42,547 nucleotides of DNA from a virus: IMG/VR virus record IMGVR_UViG_3300029305_001596, positions 1 to 42,547 of that record; one strand, 5' to 3'. Below are positions 1 to 10,061 of this stretch, in pieces; within the stretch, counting starts at the first letter, position 1; every line of letters starts with the position of its first letter. A program made the position numbers and the translations under genes. Under the pieces are notes generated by a model. The model was not told the DNA's origin and did no database searches. It saw nothing but the letters and a program-made list of their open reading frames with translations.

Positions 1-127
1 CCGATGCAGTCGCAGGTGCCGTCGCTGCCGTCGCCGCCTGTGCGGTAGGTTGGGTTGCTTTCGGCAATTCTGCGCACGTTCTCCACAAACCGGGTCACGT
101 TCATACGTTCACACGCTCCCATCCATC
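1..127. repeat. Terminal overlap identical to 42421-42547 (circular closure of the contig)
   Basis: Read directly: both copies begin ccgatgcagtcgcaggtgcc and end cacgctcccatccatc. 127 nt is a typical assembler k-mer length. Confidence 0.95.
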
Positions 128-538
128 AGGATACGCCGAGGCGTTATGCACAAGGTTGTCCAGCAGGGCGCGGTACACCGTGCCATCCTCTGCTTTGTAG
201 CATTCGCCCTTCATGTACATGCCGCTGGTGCCAAAGGGATCCACCCACGGCTTGGCACGAGCGGGATCGGTGGTGTGCGCAAGACCCCACAGGGCGCGAA
301 GGGCGGAAGGCCGGCCCTCGTAGCTGGCGGCATTGTACGGCTGAATAAGCGTCCACACCTGTCCCTCGTCGCTCACAGGGGAACCAACAGGCCATGCGCT
401 GTAATCCTTCGCAGGATCGAATGCGGGAACGCTGTGCTCCTGCGCGATGATCTGCGTGCCAGTCATTCCGTTGGCAGTTTCGCGCAGCTTCAGCGCATCG
501 CTGCGTCCAAGACTGCGGAATACATCGGTCATGCTCAT
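101..538 (-). CDS. Hypothetical late protein (145 aa), possible carbohydrate-binding, tail-fibre associated
   Basis: ORF track. Stop TGA 101-103 overlaps (ATGA) the endolysin start across the circular junction. The C-terminal GMYMKGECYKAEDGTVYRALLDNLVHNASAYPDGW looks like a CBM5/12-type aromatic motif (weak, by eye). Confidence 0.5.
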   Translation of the reverse strand: MSMTDVFRSLGRSDALKLRETANGMTGTQIIAQEHSVPAFDPAKDYSAWPVGSPVSDEGQVWTLIQPYNAASYEGRPSALRALWGLAHTTDPARAKPWVDPFGTSGMYMKGECYKAEDGTVYRALLDNLVHNASAYPDGWERVNV

Positions 539-810
539 GCCTCGTTCACTCCTTCCTGATAGGCCGCTTCATAGGCGGCAAGCTGTTCTTCCAGCGCGGC
601 AATGCGTTCCTCGTTTGTTGGCATGGGTTTCACAGGCTCCGGTTCGGGCAGCGGTTCGTGAACGTACGCGCCTTCCACGTAAAGATATTCGTAAATATTG
701 CCGTCAGGCAGTGTTTCCACTACAGGCATACCTTCATAGCTGACGTTTGGAAGCACTACGCAAGCGGAAAGAATGCGCTTATCCTCTGCAATATTCAAAG
801 CATACATCAT
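535..810 (-). CDS. Hypothetical small late protein (91 aa) downstream of the tail fibre (chaperone-like position)
   Basis: ORF track. 4-nt overlaps with both neighbours. Pro/Glu-rich linker then coiled-coil tail ERIAALEEQLAAYEAAYQEG. Confidence 0.5.
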   Translation of the reverse strand: MMYALNIAEDKRILSACVVLPNVSYEGMPVVETLPDGNIYEYLYVEGAYVHEPLPEPEPVKPMPTNEERIAALEEQLAAYEAAYQEGVNEA

Positions 811-2501
811 ACCAGAACCCCCTTAATGCCGTAGATTCGCCACGGAACCAGCAGTTGGTTTTTAAGCTCGTTCGTTCCCATCGTGTTGTAGCTTGGATAG
901 CGGTAGCAGTCCTGGAATTCCACTCCCGTTGTTCTTGCGTATCCGCCTCTGCCGACAATGTACATAATGTCAGCAGTAAGGGTGACCTGCTTAGGGTTAA
1001 CGAAGCCATTTACGCCAACGCCAAACTCACCATAGCAAAAACCGTCCTCATCATTGTTGTATCTGAAATCAATACCAACCCTGCTATATGCGCTCAGATC
1101 AATAGAGATCTTTTGCGCTGCAAACTCGCTGGCTGGACTGGCGTTTTGCCACAGCAAATCCCTGCTGATGATGCTGCCTTTTGCAGCCACTTCACAGGCG
1201 AGCAGTTCGTTTGCATACCCCTTCGGCACATAGGGCGGCAGCGTATCGGCGGTGTATGCTCCTTCATAAAGCGCCGCCCATTCTGCCTTGGTTGAAGCTC
1301 CGTTTTCAAAACCTATTGAGAAGCTTAAATTTGTACCATCCGATGAGAATGCACTAATCGTATGGTTATTTTTATTGACAGAACCAAAATCTGTCCACGA
1401 GGAAGGAAGAGTTGCAGGAATGTTGTAGATTTTCGTCAGTATTTCGCCGTTCAGCTTGGCTGCATACGTTACGGTTTTTCCCAAAAGGCGCTCGTAATCA
1501 GCTACCTTTTGATAGATAAAACCACTTGTGTTTTCCTCTGAACGGATGGTCATACCATCATCATCAAAGGATAAAAGTGTATTGCTCATTCGGGCAATAT
1601 ATCTATCGATACACTCTTGCCACGCAGTTGTTTTTGTTATACCCCTCCGGTTCACAACTTTCGTAAAATTGCTGTTAACCAGCAGGTTGCTGGGAGTCAG
1701 GTAGTATTCCGGCGCTTTGCCGCCGAGCAGGGATGCATTTTTTGCTGTGCCATCCGCGCTCAGATAGTCTTCCGGAGGCTTTCCGCCAAGCAGGGAAGCA
1801 TTTTTTGCTGTGCCATCCGCAGGCAGAGCATTCAGCTGCCCGGGCGTGGGCAGCGGGTGCACATGATCGCCGCGTGCGGCACGGTTTAGCGTACCGGGCG
1901 CTGCTTCGCCGGGTGCAGCGGGCATTTCATCGCTGTAGGCAACGCCTTCTCCTTTCGGGCCGGTTGCAGGTACCCCGGTATCAACCCCTCCGATGAACCA
2001 GTTTCCGTTATTGCCAATGCTGAGCGCCTCTTTCACTGCGGCAGGGCCCGCCTCCGCTACCGCCCGTGCCGCCGCATTGGCAGCGTCCGCAGCCTTCCGA
2101 GCCTCAGCGATGACCACCTGCAAAACAGGCAGATCCGGATTCATGCCGGGATCGCCGTCTGTACCAATGTCCACGCCAACCACCGGTAGCACCACAAACG
2201 CCGCGTATTCCATCGGCGTGTATACTTCATAGCCGCCCTCTTCCATGGGGATCTGCAAACGCACATCCCAGAAGTAGGTGCCGGGGGCAAGGTTCGTTTC
2301 GTCCGCATCCAGCACCACAGTCAGTTCTTCATCGCTTGCGTTAAAGCGTTTCTGAAGCACCACTTCGTCGCTGGTAATGCGTTTCTTAATCGTGAATACG
2401 CCGTCCGTGCCTTCCGGCAGGTCGCGCCCGTCAAGCTCAATCTTCATCACCAGCGTATCGCCGCGGGAAAGCTCAACGTCGTATCCGTCAAACGTTACCA
2501 T
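807..2501 (-). CDS. Tail fibre / receptor-binding protein (564 aa)
   Basis: RGDHVHP motif and duplicated ADGTAKNASLLGGK(P/A)PE(D/Y)YL motif typical of phage fibres. Lies after the portal/tail genes. C-terminal beta-rich domain. Confidence 0.75.
   Translation of the reverse strand: MVTFDGYDVELSRGDTLVMKIELDGRDLPEGTDGVFTIKKRITSDEVVLQKRFNASDEELTVVLDADETNLAPGTYFWDVRLQIPMEEGGYEVYTPMEYAAFVVLPVVGVDIGTDGDPGMNPDLPVLQVVIAEARKAADAANAAARAVAEAGPAAVKEALSIGNNGNWFIGGVDTGVPATGPKGEGVAYSDEMPAAPGEAAPGTLNRAARGDHVHPLPTPGQLNALPADGTAKNASLLGGKPPEDYLSADGTAKNASLLGGKAPEYYLTPSNLLVNSNFTKVVNRRGITKTTAWQECIDRYIARMSNTLLSFDDDGMTIRSEENTSGFIYQKVADYERLLGKTVTYAAKLNGEILTKIYNIPATLPSSWTDFGSVNKNNHTISAFSSDGTNLSFSIGFENGASTKAEWAALYEGAYTADTLPPYVPKGYANELLACEVAAKGSIISRDLLWQNASPASEFAAQKISIDLSAYSRVGIDFRYNNDEDGFCYGEFGVGVNGFVNPKQVTLTADIMYIVGRGGYARTTGVEFQDCYRYPSYNTMGTNELKNQLLVPWRIYGIKGVLV
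1695..1820 (-). repeat. In-frame tandem duplication (2 x 63 nt) inside the tail-fibre gene
   Basis: 1695-1757 and 1758-1820 encode ADGTAKNASLLGGKAPEYYLT and ADGTAKNASLLGGKPPEDYLS; the nucleotide copies are near-identical. Confidence 0.85.
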
Positions 2502-2658
2502 TCTTCTCCAACTCCTTCACACGCTCCAGCAGTTTGCCGTACTTGTTGTACAGGTCATCAGCAATCTGTGTAAGCCGCATCGCAAACTGTTTTTCTTCGC
2601 CAACCCACTTTTTCGGCGTTACCGGCGGTTCATACTGGTAGCCTGTCGCTTTCTTCAT
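2488..2658 (-). CDS. Hypothetical small late protein (56 aa)
   Basis: Internal ATG 2658 shares one base with the stop of the upstream 493-aa ORF. The longer 73-aa version would overlap that gene by 52 nt. Confidence 0.5.
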   Translation of the reverse strand: MKKATGYQYEPPVTPKKWVGEEKQFAMRLTQIADDLYNKYGKLLERVKELEKNGNV

Positions 2659-4139
2659 CAGTCCACATCCGTTTCTGCTTCTATCTGAAGCCCACCGATG
2701 ATCTTCCACGGAACCGTCCCTTCGCTCTCAACGATCAGCCTGAACCGCCTTCCGTTGCCGCCAAACCGCACCTTGCGCTGCTTGGCTCCCTTGCCGTCTT
2801 CGGGCGGGTAGAAGGTCACTTCCTTGGTCTTCAGCTTCTTTTCGGTCTGCATGCTCAGTTTCAGCGCAACTTCCTTTTCACACTCCACCGTCAGGTATAC
2901 CGTAAAGCTGCCCTTGGCAATGTTCTTGTACCCCAGTTCTTGCCATCCGCTCACCCAGCGTATCGGCACGGCCGCGCTGCCTTCATCCTCGTTCCATTTC
3001 AGGATCCTGCCGGGTTCCTGCGTACTGGTAAAGTACAGCGCATCTTCCGTAGGCAAAAAAGCTTCTACGCTCACATCCTCGCGCAGAAGCCATGTATTTT
3101 CATCCGTGTTGAACACCAGCACAGCGTTGTTCTTTTCAGCGCCGTCCAGCGGCAGCGCACAGTAGTAAGTCCCGCGCCACAGGCAGCCAAATGCCTGGTC
3201 AAGCGACGTCACGTTCATGCGCTCCCATACCTTCCTGGCGTATTCCTGATAATACGGCGTCACCGTTTCGCCGTCGTACCGCATCAGCCCGTCGCGCCCC
3301 AGCATCAGAATCCGCGTACCGTCCACCGCCACCGTCTGGGCATACGCCGTTCCGCCGCCGTACTGTTCCTTGAACACATACTCGCCAGGGTCGGTACCAA
3401 GCACGCGCCATACCTTCGTCTTCTTCAGGGCGATCAGCTGGCTGCCAAACGGAGTCAGCGCCGTGAAGCTGTCGCCATCCCACGAAGGCTGCATAATGTC
3501 GCCTGCACCATCTTCCGGGATCTCGTCATTCTGCGTCCAGTCAAACGGGTCATAGGGTGCGCTGTACACCAGCATGTCCGGGTCTTCTACAATGCCGCCG
3601 CCCCAAATGCGTTCGGCATATCGCGTGATCACGCCAAACTTCTTGGGTGTGGCAATCACGCCCACTTCCAGCATGTCGCCGCGTATGTAGATCATGCCGT
3701 CCTGCGCATTGCTCATAAGCAGCACATCCACCGGCGCTTCGCTGCCTTCCGGGTTGATCTCGTAGGCCACCCAGCTCCATACATTGCTCTGGTAGCTGTC
3801 GCCTTCGTAATCAACGGGAATGTCCAGCTTCGTCCACTTTTCTCCGCCCGGAAGCATCCAGTACAGTTGCCCACCGGCAGCGGCAATCATCACTTCATGG
3901 TCATCTGTGTACCATCTGCGGTAAAGCCTCGCCAGCGTTTCAATGGGCTTCGGCGTCTCGCCGTCCAGCAGCTCACAGGCGTATGCAGGGCGAAGAATGC
4001 CTTCTCTGGTCACAGCGCCTACGCTTTCAACGGCGTATCTTGGGTCTGTGCCTATTCCGTCGCCGTACTGGTTCAGCCCTTTGAACTCTGGTATCCGTAT
4101 GGAGGCATCGTAAGTACCAATGCTCACATAACTTGCCAT
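2658..4139 (-). CDS. Virion/tail structural protein (493 aa), family not recognised
   Basis: Long ORF immediately downstream of the portal gene (1-nt overlap). Beta-rich, Trp/Tyr-rich sequence. No catalytic motif seen. Confidence 0.6.
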   Translation of the reverse strand: MASYVSIGTYDASIRIPEFKGLNQYGDGIGTDPRYAVESVGAVTREGILRPAYACELLDGETPKPIETLARLYRRWYTDDHEVMIAAAGGQLYWMLPGGEKWTKLDIPVDYEGDSYQSNVWSWVAYEINPEGSEAPVDVLLMSNAQDGMIYIRGDMLEVGVIATPKKFGVITRYAERIWGGGIVEDPDMLVYSAPYDPFDWTQNDEIPEDGAGDIMQPSWDGDSFTALTPFGSQLIALKKTKVWRVLGTDPGEYVFKEQYGGGTAYAQTVAVDGTRILMLGRDGLMRYDGETVTPYYQEYARKVWERMNVTSLDQAFGCLWRGTYYCALPLDGAEKNNAVLVFNTDENTWLLREDVSVEAFLPTEDALYFTSTQEPGRILKWNEDEGSAAVPIRWVSGWQELGYKNIAKGSFTVYLTVECEKEVALKLSMQTEKKLKTKEVTFYPPEDGKGAKQRKVRFGGNGRRFRLIVESEGTVPWKIIGGLQIEAETDVD

Positions 4140-5887
4140 CAGCCTACCCCCATTCCTATGGGATTGCCACCCTCCATGCCAGTAGGTGTTTCCTGCGCAG
4201 GCGCACCGGCGCTCTGGGCAAGGCGGTCGTTCACAGCCTTCAGGTTATCAATGGCCTGCTGTTGACTTGCCACCTGATCCTGCAGCATCTGCATCTGCTG
4301 CAGCTTCTGCGTAATCACTTCATTCTCCCTCAAAACAGGAAGAATCCGCTCCTTGCCGTCCACCTGCAAAAGCTCAAACAACGCACTCAGCGGGAAATAC
4401 TGCCCTGCCTGTGCGCTCATGGAATAAGACTGCATGATCAGCTCGTTCTGCGCCTGCTGACGCAGGGGATTGCGCCTCTGTACCTGCACCTGCACGGTGT
4501 AGGGAGGCGGGGGAAGCACGCCGCTGCTCTTTCGTCCAAACAAGCGTTCAGCGCTGGCGTCGATTTCGCGTTCATTCCGCTCGCCGGTAATGAATACCAC
4601 GCGCTTCTTGTCGTAGAACTGGTTGATCAGCCACATCACCTGTTCCACAATGCTTCTGTAGCCCTGATTGAGCACTGCAGTGCGCAGTCGGGTAATCTTG
4701 CCGCCTGCCTCCTGCAGGGCGCTGATGGCGCTGGCAGCCGTAATGCCGCCTGCCGTCTCGCCGCGGGTGAACTGGTTCTGGCCGCTGTCCTGCTTGATAT
4801 CGGTCTGAAGCTGAAGCATCTGCTGGGTCACCATGCCGGTAAACGGCTGGGTCTGCAGCCACTGAATGGCGCTGGAGTCAATGCGGTCGCCTTCCACCAC
4901 GTCATTTTCCCAGTCCAAAAGCGCTTCCTTGTCCACGCCAGCGTTGCGGTCTACCAGCAGTCGGCCCTTGCTGCTCATTCGCAGGTTCATGTCAATGTAG
5001 CTGGCATAGCGGTTCACATAGCGCATCATTGGCGCAAGCTCCTGTATCAGGCCATCGCCTACAGGCAGGCCCTCAATCGGCGTAAATACGTCCAGAACAA
5101 AGGGATACATGCCGTGCTTGTAAATATCCTTGCTCTCTTCCAGAACCACGCCACCGGCCAGATAAGCCACGTTTATGGTGTATCTGCGCTTCTTTGCGTC
5201 GTACAGCCGGTACCAGTATTCCACCAGCATCGTCTTATCTTCGTCGGCCAGCTTGCTGTCCATCTGCGCATCTGCCATGCCCAGGCCGCTGTACTCGCCT
5301 TCGTCACTGCCAATCTCTTCGGCAAGGTCAGGGTAGTGCTGCTCATACCAGCTCTTCGGGAACCAGCTCACCTTAAACAGCGCACGGCTGTCCTGTATGT
5401 CCTCCGCAGCAGGGTCCCACAAAAACGCTTCCACAGGCCAGCGGATCAGCGCCACATTGCCCTTGCCGCCGTCCATATCAGGATCCCATACCACCTGCGT
5501 AATCGCTGTGCCGGTGCCAAAGCAGTCCTCCACGCGCTTCCTGTGCAGGCTTTCGTATCGGTTCATATTCATAATGAACCGCACAACGTCGGTCAGGTCT
5601 TCCGCCGTCTTCTGCAGTTCTCTGGTTTCCGGCATCATCAGGGCTTCGGGCATATTGTCCATCTGGTCAGCCACGCAGTTGTTGAAGGTCGATTTCAGGG
5701 TCTGCAGCTGGATCGTCCGCTTGTCCTTGCGCCTGGAGGCCGTCTGCGCGTCCTGCTTCGGGTCCTGCAGAAGAATGATCTTTCGTGCTTCCCGAGCACG
5801 TTCATGCATCTCCCTGCACCCGTCACGCCATATCCGCAGCCTGCCGTATGCCTCTCCGGCCAGCTTCTTGTATTCCTCTTTCTGCAT
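4139..5887 (-). CDS. Portal protein (582 aa)
   Basis: Size and head-module position. Gln-rich coiled C-terminus (QKLQQMQMLQDQVASQQQAIDNLKAV). Overall resemblance to podovirus head-to-tail connectors; no search run. Confidence 0.75.
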   Translation of the reverse strand: MQKEEYKKLAGEAYGRLRIWRDGCREMHERAREARKIILLQDPKQDAQTASRRKDKRTIQLQTLKSTFNNCVADQMDNMPEALMMPETRELQKTAEDLTDVVRFIMNMNRYESLHRKRVEDCFGTGTAITQVVWDPDMDGGKGNVALIRWPVEAFLWDPAAEDIQDSRALFKVSWFPKSWYEQHYPDLAEEIGSDEGEYSGLGMADAQMDSKLADEDKTMLVEYWYRLYDAKKRRYTINVAYLAGGVVLEESKDIYKHGMYPFVLDVFTPIEGLPVGDGLIQELAPMMRYVNRYASYIDMNLRMSSKGRLLVDRNAGVDKEALLDWENDVVEGDRIDSSAIQWLQTQPFTGMVTQQMLQLQTDIKQDSGQNQFTRGETAGGITAASAISALQEAGGKITRLRTAVLNQGYRSIVEQVMWLINQFYDKKRVVFITGERNEREIDASAERLFGRKSSGVLPPPPYTVQVQVQRRNPLRQQAQNELIMQSYSMSAQAGQYFPLSALFELLQVDGKERILPVLRENEVITQKLQQMQMLQDQVASQQQAIDNLKAVNDRLAQSAGAPAQETPTGMEGGNPIGMGVG

Positions 5888-5893
5888 CGCCCG

Positions 5894-6295
5894 TCACCTC
5901 GGTATATTCACTATGTATTTTCTTGTGCTGCCTTCCACGGTGCGCAGCCCGTTTGCATCCACACCCATGCTTCTCAGCCTGCTTTCCACTTCCATAAAGG
6001 CGTTGCGGTACTGGTAGCCGCGGCTCTGTTTCTGGGTGTTCCCGTTTCGGTAGCACAGCCACGTCGCCCAGTCGGCAATCGCCCGGTGCGTCCACACAGG
6101 CAGTTCCGGCTCGCTCTTGTCATGGGTCAAAAGCGGGTAGTTTTCGCTGTCCGCATGCACGCCTGCATAAATCAGCACCAGCCGGTCGTATCCCTCGTTG
6201 ATGTAGTCCCCAAGATAGGGCATATAATCCCCAAGGTCATCCGCGTCATTGTTGGTCTGGTGCATCACCATGTTTTTGATCGCCAACAGGTTCAC
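5894..6295 (-). CDS. Head-tail adaptor/connector-like protein (133 aa)
   Basis: Small ORF between the capsid and portal genes. Call is by position and size only. Confidence 0.4.
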   Translation of the reverse strand: MNLLAIKNMVMHQTNNDADDLGDYMPYLGDYINEGYDRLVLIYAGVHADSENYPLLTHDKSEPELPVWTHRAIADWATWLCYRNGNTQKQSRGYQYRNAFMEVESRLRSMGVDANGLRTVEGSTRKYIVNIPR

Positions 6296-6308
6296 GTTTC
6301 TCCCTCCC

Positions 6309-6548
6309 TTACAGATTGGGATAACGCTGCTTCAGCTGCATGAATACAGGCACCTTCACGTCCACATACTCGCCGCGGCGAATGCGGGTCACCTTGCCGT
6401 TGATGATCACCGTTTCGTTCTGGTCCACCTTCAGGTCACTGTTGGTATCCTCAGCCAGCGGGATGAATACGCGCACAGTGGGTTCCTTGCTTACGGCCTT
6501 GGGCGTGTTCACAACGCTGATGCCGTCTTCGATCTTCTTAGTAGCCAT
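6309..6548 (-). CDS. Hypothetical head-module protein (79 aa)
   Basis: ATG 6548 lies 7 nt after AAGGAGG. The ATG at 6554 is too close to the SD. Confidence 0.5.
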   Translation of the reverse strand: MATKKIEDGISVVNTPKAVSKEPTVRVFIPLAEDTNSDLKVDQNETVIINGKVTRIRRGEYVDVKVPVFMQLKQRYPNL

Positions 6549-6563
6549 TCTCATTCCTCCTTA

Positions 6564-6600
6564 TACAGAAAATAGGGGGAGACCAGTACCGATCTCCCCC
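6564..6600 (-). terminator. Hairpin plus U-tract just after the capsid gene (partial terminator / attenuator)
   Basis: GGGGGAGA (6575-6582) pairs with TCTCCCCC (6593-6600). On the minus strand it is followed by TATTTTCTGT. Confidence 0.55.
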
Positions 6601-6625
6601 TATAGGTTGTTCAGGCTAAAGCCGC

Positions 6626-7819
6626 TTAGGCAGTAGCGCCGTGTTCGATGCGCACAATGAAGGCGTCCTGAAGGATCGCACAGGCAAAGCCCTTCACCTT
6701 CCAGGCAATGGTGCCGCGCTGCTCCAGAGGATCCAGAGCGCCGGAAGAGCCGGGAGGATTGATGATGACCTTCACGTTGCCGCCGTCGCCGCCAAGCTCC
6801 ACGTCGCCGTAGGCATTGTCGGCGTAGATCACAGTGCTGTAAACGGTCGCATCGTCAGCGCCGCCGCCAGTGGGCTGAATCTTGGTTGCGTCTGCGGCAG
6901 CTTCGGTCAGCCAGCGGAAGGTGATCTTGTCGCCGTCAATGCGCTCAATGCAGGTGGGCGTAGTGGCGGAGCCAACCAGGTCAACCATCTTGCCGGTCAG
7001 CATACGGGCAGTGTCAGCGTCAAGTGCAGTGGCCAGGGTGGCAGTGCGGTTCTCAACGTCCACATTGCTGATGGTCAGGCTGGCAGTGGTGCCGTACAGG
7101 TAGTCAGCCTTGGCAAAGGTCTTGGCGTTGGTGCTCTCGTAGAACTTCACCTTGTACATGGTGCCAAGCTCGTACTTCTCCACCTTTTCCTTGTCCTGAT
7201 ACTTGGCCACGTCAATCCAAAGGGGATCGCTGGTCAGGTCATAGATGGTGTCGGGGTGCACAATGGCATGGTAGTAACCATCGGCAAAGGGCTTGGCGTT
7301 GTTGCGGCGCAGGGTGCGCACAGCCTTCTTGATATCGTCCGCAGTCAGCTTGTCGCCAGCGGTAATGGTGCCGCGGCTGGTCTTGTTGCCAGCAAACTGC
7401 ACGTTCATACCGGCGTTGATCGCGTCGCGGCAGATGGTGTCCAGGCTCAGAATGGCCTGATCAGACAGCAGCTTCGCAGACTCGCGGTGCATGTCATCCA
7501 GCTGGTAGAAGTTCAGCTCGTCGGTGATCTCCACATGACGGCCGTAGGGCTTCACCATCACGGTGAAGGCGGTCTGCTTCAGTTCCTGACCTTCAGGGGT
7601 CACGCCTTCCTTCAGGGGTTCAGTAACCGCAGCAAAGGGTACCATCTTGCGGAACTGCACATGCTTGCCGTTGTGTTCCGGCAGCTTGCGCTTCTGGCCG
7701 TCGCGGCCGTGCACCATATCGGGCTTGGCGTTCTCCAGCAGGGTACGTTCGTAGAACTCAATCACGCCGGGAGCTACGCCGGGGGAATAGGTATAGTTCA
7801 TGTTCTCAAAAACTGCCAT
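6626..7819 (-). CDS. Major capsid protein, HK97 fold, N4-gp56-like family (397 aa)
   Basis: N-terminal FYERTLLENAKPDMVHGRDGQKRKLPEHNGKHVQFRKM..EGVTPEG matches the remembered N4-gp56-family consensus. Preceded by a scaffold gene. Confidence 0.85.
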   Translation of the reverse strand: MAVFENMNYTYSPGVAPGVIEFYERTLLENAKPDMVHGRDGQKRKLPEHNGKHVQFRKMVPFAAVTEPLKEGVTPEGQELKQTAFTVMVKPYGRHVEITDELNFYQLDDMHRESAKLLSDQAILSLDTICRDAINAGMNVQFAGNKTSRGTITAGDKLTADDIKKAVRTLRRNNAKPFADGYYHAIVHPDTIYDLTSDPLWIDVAKYQDKEKVEKYELGTMYKVKFYESTNAKTFAKADYLYGTTASLTISNVDVENRTATLATALDADTARMLTGKMVDLVGSATTPTCIERIDGDKITFRWLTEAAADATKIQPTGGGADDATVYSTVIYADNAYGDVELGGDGGNVKVIINPPGSSGALDPLEQRGTIAWKVKGFACAILQDAFIVRIEHGATA

Positions 7820-7825
7820 AGGGAA

Positions 7826-8566
7826 TTACCTCCGCATATCAATCGTCTTTCCCTGTGCAAGCAGTGCGTTGAGCTGGTCAAAGTTGCTGGCGCTCATCTT
7901 GGCGATACTCATATCGCCAATCGCCATTCCATTGCTGGAACGAACAGGAGCAGGCGTGGCTTTTCTTGCCTCCTGCTCCTTGTGGGCGTTGTAAACGTCC
8001 TTGAAACGCCACTCGCCGCTCAGTATCTTCTGCTTTACTTCAGGGTCTTGGGTGTACATGGCGTATACGTCTACGCCGGTGGTGTCCTTGATCGTCTGCG
8101 CCTCTGCAAACAGCTCGTTGGCTCTCTGCTGGGCGCTCACAAAACGTCCATTGCTGTCGCGCACCTGAGGAGTGTTGACCTGCTTCGTCTCTTCAATGGG
8201 CATGCCGCCCTTCAGCTTCAGGTACTCCGTGGCGCGTTCCAGACTCTTGAACTCGCCGCTGGCCACCAGGCTCTCGGCTTCACGTTCAAGCTGTACGCTC
8301 TGCAGTTGGGCTACCTTGTTGCGAAGCGTCTCAAGTTCAGCCTCATATCGGCTGCTCACACGCGCTTCAATCTCGGGGGTTGCCTTGCGCACGGCGTCTT
8401 CCATGCGCTTCTTGAACCAGCCGGTATCACCGGCAGGCTTGTCCTCCGCAGCAGGCTGCGCATCCGTCTGCGGCGCTGTAAGAGCTTCTTCCAGCGTGGG
8501 GGAAGCGGGGGCAGCAGCGTCGTCCTGTGCCTGTGCCGCAAGCAAATTCTCGACCGTATTCTCCAT
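7826..8566 (-). CDS. Scaffolding protein (246 aa from ATG 8566; GTG 8578 alternative)
   Basis: Ala/Glu/Gln-rich, coiled-coil, no Cys. Lies directly upstream of the capsid gene. Confidence 0.65.
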   Translation of the reverse strand: MENTVENLLAAQAQDDAAAPASPTLEEALTAPQTDAQPAAEDKPAGDTGWFKKRMEDAVRKATPEIEARVSSRYEAELETLRNKVAQLQSVQLEREAESLVASGEFKSLERATEYLKLKGGMPIEETKQVNTPQVRDSNGRFVSAQQRANELFAEAQTIKDTTGVDVYAMYTQDPEVKQKILSGEWRFKDVYNAHKEQEARKATPAPVRSSNGMAIGDMSIAKMSASNFDQLNALLAQGKTIDMRR

Positions 8567-8648
8567 GGAAAATACCACCTTTCTTGGTGTAGCAGCCTTC
8601 CGTGGAAACGCGGACGGCTGGTTTTATATAGCAAAAAGCACGGTGAAA

Positions 8649-10061
8649 TCACCGCGCCAGATGCTCCTCAAATGGGTCGTAATACCTGTGTTTCTTCGCC
8701 TTGTCCTCTTTCGTGGGAAGCGGCCGCGCCATGCAGAAATAGCGCGTCTCGTCGTAAATGTGGTCCTCTGCATCGCTGTCGATGTCTTCGGGGTCTGTCA
8801 GCGAATAAGGCAGCGCAGGGATCGTTCGTATGAACTCCTGACAGGTGCTGAATACCTGCAGCTTCGGCTTGCCTTCAGCGTTGAACCGCAGGCGCTCATG
8901 CACCTGCATCTTGCCGGGGATGCGTACATGGTCGCCAGGACGGAAGTAAATGCCAGGCGCACTGCCGTTAGGCTCCATCTGCTGCGCCACACTGTCGCCT
9001 CGGCTCCTGTCAAAGATCGCAGGGTCAGCCACGCGATCGATTTTGATGTTGTCCGCTCGCTCCTGCGCCTCCCGGCTCAGAATCCCGTCCACAATCTGTC
9101 TCGGCGTCAGCTTCAGGCCAATGTTCGCTCTGCCTGCTTCGCACCCGTACCATTCCCTGTATCGGTACATCGTGCCGTCAGGGCCAACTGCCCACCAGCC
9201 TACGCTGAAAGGCTTTGAGTACCCATGGTCAAAGCTCATGTACCTCGGCCAGCTCACAGGGATCTCAAACGGCGCTATAACGTGTGTCCACAGCCTGTCT
9301 TCATAATGCTCAGGCTTGTCTGCCCACTCCGTGAATACCTGGCCTTCAAAGGCGTTCCAGTCGCCATACAGCAGCGCGTTCCTCAGCGCTTCCGGCTTAC
9401 TCTCCAGCTGGAAGATGTAGTCATCGCTGATGTGCGGGTTCTCCGTCACCAGCGCCGGTATGTACTGCAGTGTGGAGATCTTCTTCTTGCCGCTGGCCTT
9501 GCTGATGATCTCACGCTTCACAATCTGCATGTACGGCGCAGCGTCCACAAACTTTCGCTTTACCCAGCCGTGCCCTATGTCGCCTGGGTTGGAGCTGCTT
9601 CTTACGCATGGCACTACGCCAAGCTTCTTTTTCGCACGCAAGCGGGTCTTGATGAAGTCGTAGATCTCTTCCTCAAAGCTCGTCAGCTCGTCAAAGTACA
9701 GCCACTGCATTTCTGCACCCTTGTAGTTGTACATGTCCGCAACGCTCGCACAGTGCCTGAAATGGATCATGCTGCCGTTCCTCAAAAGGAACTCATGCCT
9801 GGCCGCGTTGTACTTGCCAATCCCTTCAGGATAGCTTTCCTTGGCCTCCTTGATGATCGTGTCTTCCAGCTCGCCATACGTTCGTCTGAAGATGAATGCG
9901 TGTGTGCCTGCATACAGCAAACAGCGGAAAAGGGCATCCATTACGATTGCCTTGCTCTTTCCACCGCCTGCTGCGCCGCCAAACAACACTTCGTCAGCAA
10001 TGCTCGCGTGAAACAACGTCTGCTTCGGCGTAGGAGCATAGTCGATTACATATTCCGGCAT
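8649..10061 (-). CDS. terL: Terminase large subunit (470 aa)
   Basis: Walker A GGAAGGGKS and Walker B-like LYFDELT. C-terminal nuclease-type region. Strong SD GGAAGGAGG before ATG 10061. Confidence 0.95.
   Translation of the reverse strand: MPEYVIDYAPTPKQTLFHASIADEVLFGGAAGGGKSKAIVMDALFRCLLYAGTHAFIFRRTYGELEDTIIKEAKESYPEGIGKYNAARHEFLLRNGSMIHFRHCASVADMYNYKGAEMQWLYFDELTSFEEEIYDFIKTRLRAKKKLGVVPCVRSSSNPGDIGHGWVKRKFVDAAPYMQIVKREIISKASGKKKISTLQYIPALVTENPHISDDYIFQLESKPEALRNALLYGDWNAFEGQVFTEWADKPEHYEDRLWTHVIAPFEIPVSWPRYMSFDHGYSKPFSVGWWAVGPDGTMYRYREWYGCEAGRANIGLKLTPRQIVDGILSREAQERADNIKIDRVADPAIFDRSRGDSVAQQMEPNGSAPGIYFRPGDHVRIPGKMQVHERLRFNAEGKPKLQVFSTCQEFIRTIPALPYSLTDPEDIDSDAEDHIYDETRYFCMARPLPTKEDKAKKHRYYDPFEEHLAR

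Noticed and set aside
1695-1820. Near-identical 63-nt repeats in the tail-fibre gene as a possible diversity-generating retroelement (template/variable repeat pair).
   Set aside because: The copies are adjacent and in frame within one gene. No reverse transcriptase ORF exists anywhere in the genome. The differences are not adenine-specific.
4133-8833. Very long plus-strand ORFs (4133-6343, 736 aa; 6641-8833, 730 aa), and likewise 35063-37171 (702 aa), 31370-32743, 2940-4265 and 17110-18318.
   Set aside because: They are antisense to well-supported minus-strand genes (portal, capsid, scaffold, giant ORF). They have His/Arg/Leu/Val/Ala-rich low-information composition and no motifs or SD sequences. 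They are typical shadow ORFs of GC-rich coding DNA.
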